Below the pieces are notes generated by a model that ran no database searches, had not been told where the DNA came from, and saw only the letters and a list, made by a program, of their open reading frames with translations. Positions 50,394 through 64,000 of a stretch of DNA of 64,000 nucleotides are shown in pieces. Both the position numbers and the translations under genes were made by a program. The stretch comes from the human T2T-CHM13v2.0 reference genome, Homo sapiens. Each line of letters starts with the position of its first letter. Position 1 is the first letter of the stretch. The stretch lies in NCBI RefSeq assembly GCF_009914755.1, contig NC_060926.1, one strand, 5' to 3'.

Positions 50394-50823
50394 TAATGCC
50401 CATCAATGACAGGTTAGACAAAGAGAATGTGATATGTATACACTGTGGAATACCATGCAGCCATTAAAAAATGAGGTAATGTCTTTTGCAGGGATATAGA
50501 TGGAGCTGGAGGCTATTATCTTTAACAAACTAACACAGGAAGAAAAAAAACAAATACCACATGTTCTCATTTATAAGTGGGAGCTAAATGATAAGAATTT
50601 ATGAAAACAAAGAAGGAAACAGCAGACATTGGGGTCTACTTGAGGGTGAAGGGTGGGAGGAGGGGGAGGAGCAGAAAATATAACTATTGGGTGGTGGGCT
50701 TAATACCTGGGTGATGAAATAATATGTACAACAAATTCTCGTGACATCTGTTTACTTATGTAAAAAAAAAAAACCCTCATATGTACTCCCAAACCTAAAA
50801 TAAAAGTTAAAACAAAACAAAAC
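50394..50823 (+). mobile_element. Old L1PA (PA13-16-like) 3' end
   Basis: GGATATAGATGGAGCTGGAGGCTATTATC...GGGTCTACTTGAGGGTGAAGGGTGGGAGG...AAAATAAAAGTTAAAA. Confidence 0.85.
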
Positions 50824-50829
50824 AGTCCA

Positions 50830-52375
<1,546 letters not shown>

Positions 52376-54349
52376 TAATAGAAGTTACTCATTTAACCGA
52401 TTACATGCTGGAGAATGAAAAGTGAAGAGAGAACAAAGTATTACTCTTAAATTTGAAGAAATGGGAAGTAAGTGGTGAAAAATTGAGAGACACGCGGGGG
52501 ATAAAGAAGAATTTCGGTACCAGCTTAGATGCAGAGCTTGTACAGGGATGAAAACACTAAGAAAAAGCAGCAGCAACAGAGTCAGTTGGGAAGTAATGCG
52601 TTTATGAAATTTTATCAGTAGCAAACACTAAATGTGAGGAAGTGTGTGCAAAAAAGAAGATGGACATCCTGACAAGTATATGTAATGCAAAAATGCAGGC
52701 TGAGGAAAAAGAGATTTTTCTCAGTGAATTGAAGTATAGTATTATGCACATAAGGACATTAGCTGGTGACCTTTGCAGCACTGTTTTTATTATAAACATA
52801 TTAGAATGCAGCAACTGGCAAGGGCTAGAGAAAATGGGATTACAGAAGTATATATGTTCCCAGAGGATCAACATATATCCTGGGCTTACACTGGGATCCT
52901 GTGGGTATTACTGATTGTTGCTTTGTTGTCTTAATAATAGAAGCTCTTGAATTTATGCTCTCTGGTTGCTGTCATGTAACCGAGCCTTATTAAATTTCTT
53001 CTGGCCCCAAGCTTTCTAGATTTTCAAGTTGCTCCTAATTTTGGAAATTGAACTTTGTTTCCATCTCTATGACATTCTAGGGTAAAGAAACACTTTGCAG
53101 GACTCATTCATCAGATTAAGGTCATCACTTTGACTATTTAGGCTTCAGTATCAAAACCTAAATTACTAACTACAAATTGAACGGGCTTACTGTATGGCCA
53201 CATGTGAAAAAAATATTAGCTTTGACTTAATTTTATTCCCCCCATTTCTATTATATTTGAAAGAATTCTAGCTACCTTCTCACAATATTTAGACAGCAAG
53301 GCTTCACAGAATATTTAAATTGGATAAAGACTTCAATAAAAGACTCATCTATCTATTGACATCGTTAATTTTTTTTTTTGCATTCTCTTTGTGTATACCC
53401 CAAATTTTTCAGGCATAACTTCTTACATTTGCTGACTTCAATGTATAACATTATCTTATTATCCTAAAGGATCTATCAAAATAAAATGTGAACATTTGGT
53501 TCTATGGTAGAAAATAATAAAGTTATTACTATTTCAATAATTTTTTGTGGTTCACTTAGGTTTAAATAGGTCAATTATAATTATTTTACACATGACATGT
53601 GTGAATATGTGTAAAATACTCTAAAACAGTCAACATGTAAACCATGTAGAACCTACATAGTTTACATGTTGACTGATTTAGAGCTGACTTGTTAATGTAG
53701 ATAACTAAATCCAAATTTACAAATATTTTGTTCAGGTTTAATTATATTTACAATACTCAGAACAATCAAAAGATTTAAAATATTTTATATAACACTTCAT
53801 TTATATTTTTAACTGTTTTACAATTTATCAATGATATTCTAATATTTTAACTAAATATTGGAAGTCTAAATAGACTGAATCTTAGAATGGTTGTTTTCAA
53901 GAGACAATTTTTTAAATGATTACAAGATATCATGTTTTAATGAATCAATGGACAGTTATTGAACAAGTACAAACTTCTCTGGATCGCTATTTTTCATCAA
54001 ACTTCAATGCAGAATGACAGAAGTGTAAGAATGATGGAATATTTGGAGTATTGGCCAGTAAGAAAGCATCACAAATAATCTTTATAACTTACCAAGAATT
54101 AAAAACTAGAAGGGTGGTAACTGAGAATAATTATGTAAACATTCATTAGGTAAATCCTGTATCTTTTAGCATTTCACATCCTTCAAATCACTGGGAAGAA
54201 AATTGCTATTCTTTGTTTCATGCCAATTTGGAAGGATTTTCAATTAATAAGCTTCAAAAGCTCAGTGATTATGCATCATGTGAAAGCAGCAAGTAAGGTT
54301 AAAACATTTCAATTTATTTTTATACATGAATCTTATTTTTTACAGATGT

Positions 54350-57300
54350 CTTTATGTATTTTATTATATATTTAAGATATACAATATTATGTTTTGACAT
54401 TTATATACAGTTAAATGGATACTATAATAAAGCAAATTACATGTAGTATCTCACATAGTTACCTTATTTTTGTGGTGAGAGCAGCTATAATCTACTCTCT
54501 TAGCAAATTTCCAGGACACAATACAGTATTATCAACTATACTCATCATGTTGTATATTAGATCTCTAAATTTATTCACCCTACATAACTGTAACTTTATA
54601 CCCTTTGGCAACATCTCCCGACTCTTTCCTGTCCTCTCCCCCTAGCAATCCCCAGTAATCACCATTCTACCATCTGTTTCTATGAATCCAAATTTTATAT
54701 TTTTGATTCCCCATATAAGTGAGATTATATAGTATTTTCCTTTCTGTGTCTGGCTTACTTCACTGCTATAATATCTTCCTGGTTCATCCATATTGTCAGA
54801 AATGTCAGCAGCTCCTTTTTTAAGGCTGAGTAATATTCCACTATATATAGACACACACACACGTATATATATGCCACAATTTCTTTATCCATTCATTCAT
54901 TAACAGAAAACTTAGTTTCCATATCTTCCAATTATTCCATATTGAATAATGCCTCAATGAACATGAAAGGGCAGGTATCTCTAGGAGATGCTAATCCTAT
55001 TTCTTTTGCTGTATGCCCAGGAGGAGGATTGCCCTATGGTAGTTCTCTTTTTAATTTTTTTAATTTTAAATTTTTTATAGGTTATTGGGGTACAGGTGGT
55101 ATTTGGTTACATGAGTAAGTTCTTTAGTGGTGATTTGTGAGATTTGGGTGCACCCATCACCCAAGCAGTATACGTGGCACCATATTTGTAGTCTTTTATT
55201 CCTCTCCCCCCGCCCACCCTTACCTCCAAGTCCCCAAAGTCTATTGTATCATTCTTACGACTTTGCATCCGTGTAGCTTAGCTCCCACATATCAATTAGA
55301 ACATGCATTGTTTGGTTTTCCATTCCTGAGTTATTTCACCTGGAATAATAGTCTCCAATCTCATCCAGTTCGCTGTAAATGCCATTAGTGCATTCCTTTT
55401 TATGGCTGAGTAGTATTCCATCATATATGTACGTGATTATATATATGTGATATATATATATGTATGTGAGATATGTGTATGTGAGATATATATATATATC
55501 ACAGTTTCTTTACCCCCACTCATTGATTGATGGATTGATGGGCAATTGGGTTGGTTCCATGATTTTGCAATTGTGAATTGTGCTGCTATAAGCATGCGTG
55601 TGCAAGTATCTTTTTTGCACAAAGACTTATTTTCCTCTGGGTAGATACCCAGTAGTGGGATTGCTAGATCAAATGGTAGTTCTACTTTTAGTTCTTTAAG
55701 GAATCTCCACACTGTTTTCCATAGTGACTGTACTAGTTTACTTTCCCACCAGCAGTGTAGAAGTGTTCCCTGATCAATGCCTTCATGTCAACATCTACTG
55801 TTTTTTTGATTTTTGAATGTGGCCATTCTTGCAGGAGTAAAGTGGTATCACATTGTAGTTTTGATTTGCTTTTCCCTAATCATTAGTTACGTTGATTTTT
55901 TTGTTCGTTTGTTGGCCATTTGTATGTCTTCTTTTGAGAATTGTCGATTCATGTCCTTAGCCCATTTTTTGATGGGATTGGTTTTTCTTACTGATTTGTT
56001 TAAGTCTATTGTAGATAATTTTTCATTTTTTGAACAACCTCCATATCGTTTTCCATAATGGCTACACCTATTTATATCATTACCAATTTTGTATGAGAGA
56101 GTTTCCTTTCCTCCACACCCTTGCCAACACTTGTTATCTACTGTCTTTTTACTAATAGGCTTCCTAAGAGATGTGAAATGATACCTATTGTGGTTTTGAT
56201 TTGCATATTCCCTAGTGATTAGTGATGTTGACCACCTTTACATTTACCCATTGGCCATGTTTATGGCTTCTTTGAAGAAATATCTATTCAGGTCTTTTGT
56301 CCGTTTTTTTGTTTTGTTTTGTTTTGTTTTTAATGGGGTTATTTGTTTCTGGGCTAATTTCAGGATTTGTAATGAACATAAAAATTAATCACATTTTTAC
56401 GCCAATAATGGCCTACCTGAAAAAGAATTAAAAAAAATCCTATTTACATGGCATCAAAAAATTACATACTCAGATATAAGTTTAACCAAGGAGGTGAAGT
56501 ATTTGACTATAAAACATTGATTAAAGAATTTGAATAAAATACAAATAAATGGAAAGATAACCTGTGTACATAGATTGGAAGAATTAACATTGTTCAAATG
56601 TCCATAGTACCCAAAGTAATATACAGATTCAACACAATCCTTATCAAAATACTAATGGCATTTTTCATAAAAATAGAAAAAAAATTCTACAATTACACAA
56701 AACCATAGGACATCTTGAGCAGCCAAAGCAATCCTCAGAAAAAAATGTTGGAGGCATTACACTTCCTGATTTCAAATTATATCACAAAGCTACAGTATGG
56801 AAATGGCATAAAAACACACACAGAGACCATAGGAACAGAATAAAAAACCCAGAAATAAACCCAAGCATATACAGTAAACGAATTTTCGACAAGTACACCA
56901 AGAGGACACAATAGAGAAGCAACAGCCTGTTAAATAAATGGTGTTGAGAAAACTGGATATCCATGTGCAAAAGAAGAAAATTGGACCCGTCTCTACCGTA
57001 CACAAAAATAAACTCAAAATGGATTAAAGACCTAAAAGTAAGACCCAAAACTGTGAAAAAAAAACTGCTAGAAGAAAACCTAGGGATAAACCTCCTTGAT
57101 GTTGGCCTTGGATATAATTTTTTGAATATCACACAAAAAGCTCAGGCAACAAAAGCAAAAATAAACAAGTGAGACTACATCAAATTAAAAAACATTCTGC
57201 ACAGCAAAGGAGAAATTCACAAAATGAAAAGATAGCCTGTAGACTGGGAGAAAATATTTTAGAACCATATATCTGACAGGGAGCTAATATCCAAAAATAG

Positions 57301-57350
57301 AATCTTGCAAACTTAATAACAAAAAAATCAATTTTTAAAAATAAAAATTT
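54350..57350 (-). mobile_element. Inverted L1MA-type element: minus 3' part (~54350-56360) + plus-strand ORF2 part (~56375-57350)
   Basis: L1MA 3'UTR on minus; plus [26 protein letters not shown]; the two segments meet at about the same ORF2 position. Confidence 0.82.
55050..56015 (-). mobile_element. L1PB1-like 3' fragment nested in the L1MA
   Basis: GGTTATTGGGGTACAGGTGGTATTTGGTTACATGAGTAAGTTCTTTAGTGGTGATT; host L1MA resumes at TTTTTGAACAACCTCCATATCG. Confidence 0.85.
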
Positions 57351-57559
57351 ATGTAATAGTCCTTTCCCAAATAAATGCATTATTGAACTCTACCTATTTA
57401 TACATAATACGCAATTTCAATATATCAAAAATTTCAAAAAGAAACAGAAATATTTTGAATATTCAGGTAGAAAGGTAAGTGAATAGGTATATTAATGAAT
57501 GAATGGAGGAATGGATGGATATTAGATTAATAGAAACATACATAAATAAAATCCAAAGA

Positions 57560-57780
57560 GCAGCCACAGTCAAATGGTTAAACTCAAAGGTTATGAAATC
57601 CAATCATCTACATTTAAATACTAGTGATTTCATTTACTAGCTGTGTGAACTAGAAAGATTTACTTGATTTTTCTGTCTTGTTTTCTTCTTCTTTAGAACG
57701 GGGATGCTTAATTTGACTAGATCCATTGATATAATGTTGTGAATGTTAACAAACTAATACAGGTAAATGCTCCTATAGGT
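57560..57780 (+). mobile_element. MIR relic
   Basis: CATTTACTAGCTGTGTGAAC...TTTCTTCTTCTTTAGAACGGGGAT. Confidence 0.55.
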
Positions 57781-57954
57781 AGACTTATACTTGCTTGCCA
57801 GAGCTGCCTTAACAAGATGTTGTATATTGTGTAGCTTAAACAACAGGAAGTTATTTTCTCACAGTTCTGGAGGCTGTAAGTCCAAGACTAAGTTATCAGA
57901 AGGTTTGGTTTCTCCTGAGAACTCTCTTCTTGCCTTACAGACCACACTCTTCTT

Positions 57955-61210
<3,256 letters not shown>

Positions 61211-63845
61211 TAACCTTAATCACTTATTCAAAGACCCTATCACCAAATGCAGTCAAAATGAGGGTTAGGGGTTCAAAATAAAAATTTGAGGAGGGGGAGA
61301 CACAATTCAGTCTATAACAAGTATTAAATGTTATTAATTTTTGATATAGAACATTTTGTTCCAATGATTAAGCAAAGTATAAAGGCCAAATTGGAAAACT
61401 GATTTTATGTTAAAGTCAATAAAAGTTATATTTATTGTACATCTCTAGAGGTCTGAGAATATAAGCATTGTGGATCTATTCATGTTTCCTCTGCCCAGAA
61501 CCTAACTACAGCATGGAGATGGCTACTTCAAGCTATAATCAAAGCTTTGGTAGGTGGCCCTTATTACCATCTAAACTAATGCTGTTTTCCAAGATCTCAT
61601 AATGCCTGAATTATAAGCAATCAAATCAAATAAATGTTAAATCAGCCACTTTTTATATGGCTCCAAAATATAACATTATGCCTAAAGTTATCTGCAAAGG
61701 CTAAATAAATGACTGAACATTTGTTGCTCAGCCTACACTGTGCTGTCAAGGGTGACACTGGATACAACTATGTTATCTAATTGCAGTTGATCTCTTGAGG
61801 GAAATAAAGTTTATACATTAATATATTTTAAAGAAGGCCATATTTTACTTTTTAACAGATTTTTAGAGATATTTTGAAAGGAATTACATTAACAAAACCT
61901 TTAGTATGGCAGTGAATATAAAAATCTAGTATTTTATTAAAATTATCAGGAAATATTAAGAATTTCTGTTCTGCCAAGTAATATCAAGGATTCATCAAAT
62001 GTAATTATCCAAGGATACTGTAGAAAAGAATTTAGCTGTGCTAAGATGAATGTATATGTACATATACACACACTATAACCTTATGACAAAAGAACAGTTA
62101 ATTGTAAGATTCTCTATTTTTCCCACTTAAATAATGAAGTCCATGATTAAGTTTCCTGTATATCAGGTTTGACATGCTATAACCTGCTCAACTTTACCCT
62201 TAAGTAATTCTAAGGCAATCTTTTTTATGACTCACATATGTAAAAAGCTCATTTACCTTCTTTGTTCTCCATGATTTTTATTGTGTTTCCCATTTATTCT
62301 CATCGGTTTTGAACACTTGGTTCATTTCCATCTCTATCTTTTTCTATTCCAATTATTTTATACAAAACAGACATCAGTTTTTGTCTGCTTAGTTTGACCC
62401 TTGACATAGTTAAATATCATGTTTGAAAATTTCCCTGATGAAACACAGGGAAAATATAAAGCATTGGATATTTTGGCAGGTTGAATGTTTCAAAGAACAG
62501 CCACTGCTCTATTGTGAAAAGCAGAGAAGCTAATGAGAGGCCAAATGCTGATAACCGATAGTATGCAAAAGGAAATTCTTGTCGATGCAATGTTAATCTT
62601 CTAAATCCGTGTTTTGTCTTTAGTTCAATTTTTCATAGTATGTTCATGCTAAGATGCTTTTATCTTGACAAAGGTCTCCCTCTTGTCTCCCTTTCATTTT
62701 CTGAAGAGTCACCTCAGGTTTCAAGAGAGGTTACTTATTGATGCTCCAGCATTTGCCAACACATTTAGTTAAAAGAGAATTTGGTTTGCTATATTTCCTG
62801 TGTGTCTGGGGGATCTTTCTGGAGTATTATGCACATTACATTCCAGACAAAATCTTGTCAGAATGCCATAGACAATTTACTGATTAGTATACTAAAGCTA
62901 TTATTTTCCAGAGCATGTTCTATTTACAGAAAGACTGTTAAGAAAAACTCCCAGTAGGTATTTATTTGAAATACATTTCTCTGACTTAATGTGTCTGCCT
63001 TCTTTAGAATATTTTATAGGAAAACAAAACATCTGTGATTAACACCTGTATCTCTTAAATGATGTTTCTAACACATTATTTGAATTACATATGTTCAGAA
63101 AATATTTGAGAATATTTTCTAGTGTAAACACAACTCAAATATAGCAATCTGATTATTATTCAGCTGAATTCAGTAATATTATTGTATTTTTAAAATATCT
63201 TAATAATAAACAAGTACCTAAACTTTGAGTGGTATTTTAATGTAGACATTTTTGAAAATTCTATTTAAACAGGCAATACTTCTGACCTGTTGTTTTCTTT
63301 CACACTGAGGAAGCCTATTAGTACAACACTCTTGGCCTCTGTCTGCACCTTTTCTTAAATCCATTTTAGGAAAGGTTCTGTGGCTTATTTGGTTTGTAAA
63401 TTTGGGAAGAGAAGGACAAGCACACTTGGTCTGGCTCTGTCCATATGCTTCTTAAATTCCACCTATTCACAGAAAATGCACATTTGGCTCTCTTCTCCCA
63501 GGAATAAATAGGTCTGTACTTTGGTAGACGGGCATCTGCCCTAGCCGGGCATGCTATTCTAGGCAGCTCTGTTAGCAGACTAACTTGGCTTTCTCACCAG
63601 GACCTACTCTCACCTTAGCCCTTTTATTTTATTATTTTTTCAATAATAAAAGGGCTATGTTAGCTTCATGTGGCTTGGTGCTTATTTTTCAATTGGTTAA
63701 GTACAAAGACTAATAATTTGGAATGCATTTGGTGGATATGCTAAGTATAGATTACAATTATACATCTATATTTTAATATACATTTACCAAATTTCAAAGG
63801 AAAAAATACAAATATAGATGAATTTTATAATACCTTTAATAGATT

Positions 63846-64000
63846 TTTGGTGTTTTTTTGTTTGATTTTGTTTTTGAGACAGTGTCTTGATCCATTGCTG
63901 AGGCTGGAGTGTGGTAGTGTAATCAAGGTTCACTGTATTCTTGACCTCTCAGGCTCAAGTGACGTTCCCACATCAGACTCCTGAGTAGCTGGGACTACAG
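63846..64000 (-). mobile_element. AluJ (partial, runs off the window end)
   Basis: TTTTTGAGACAGTGTC...AGGCTGGAGTGTGGTAG...GTAGCTGGGACTACAG. Confidence 0.85.

Noticed and set aside
63097-63120. 10-bp inverted repeat AGAAAATATT/AATATTTTCT
   Set aside because: Very AT-rich and short; plausible by chance.

Overview
AT-rich primate (human-like) genomic DNA with no recognisable protein-coding or RNA gene. Every long ORF is decayed LINE-1 ORF2, Alu, or chance. The window is dominated by transposable elements: a MER57-type ERV1 provirus with a nested LTR, a 4 kb 5'-truncated L1PA3-like element with TSDs, several older or inverted L1s, a full LTR-int-LTR MST MaLR with a perfect 5-bp TSD, seven Alus, Tigger-family MITEs and MIR/L2 relics. 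The most notable observation is two L1PA7-like inverted elements about 36 kb apart (22031-25017 and 57955-61091). They share the same inversion junction to the nucleotide and several apparently private substitutions, but have different flanks and end points. This suggests a pre-inverted L1 source that was itself retrotransposed. Several long near-perfect hairpins occur in unique DNA (53582-53683, 44759-44820). Subfamily names come from recalled consensus sequences, not a database search, and boundaries of old elements are approximate.
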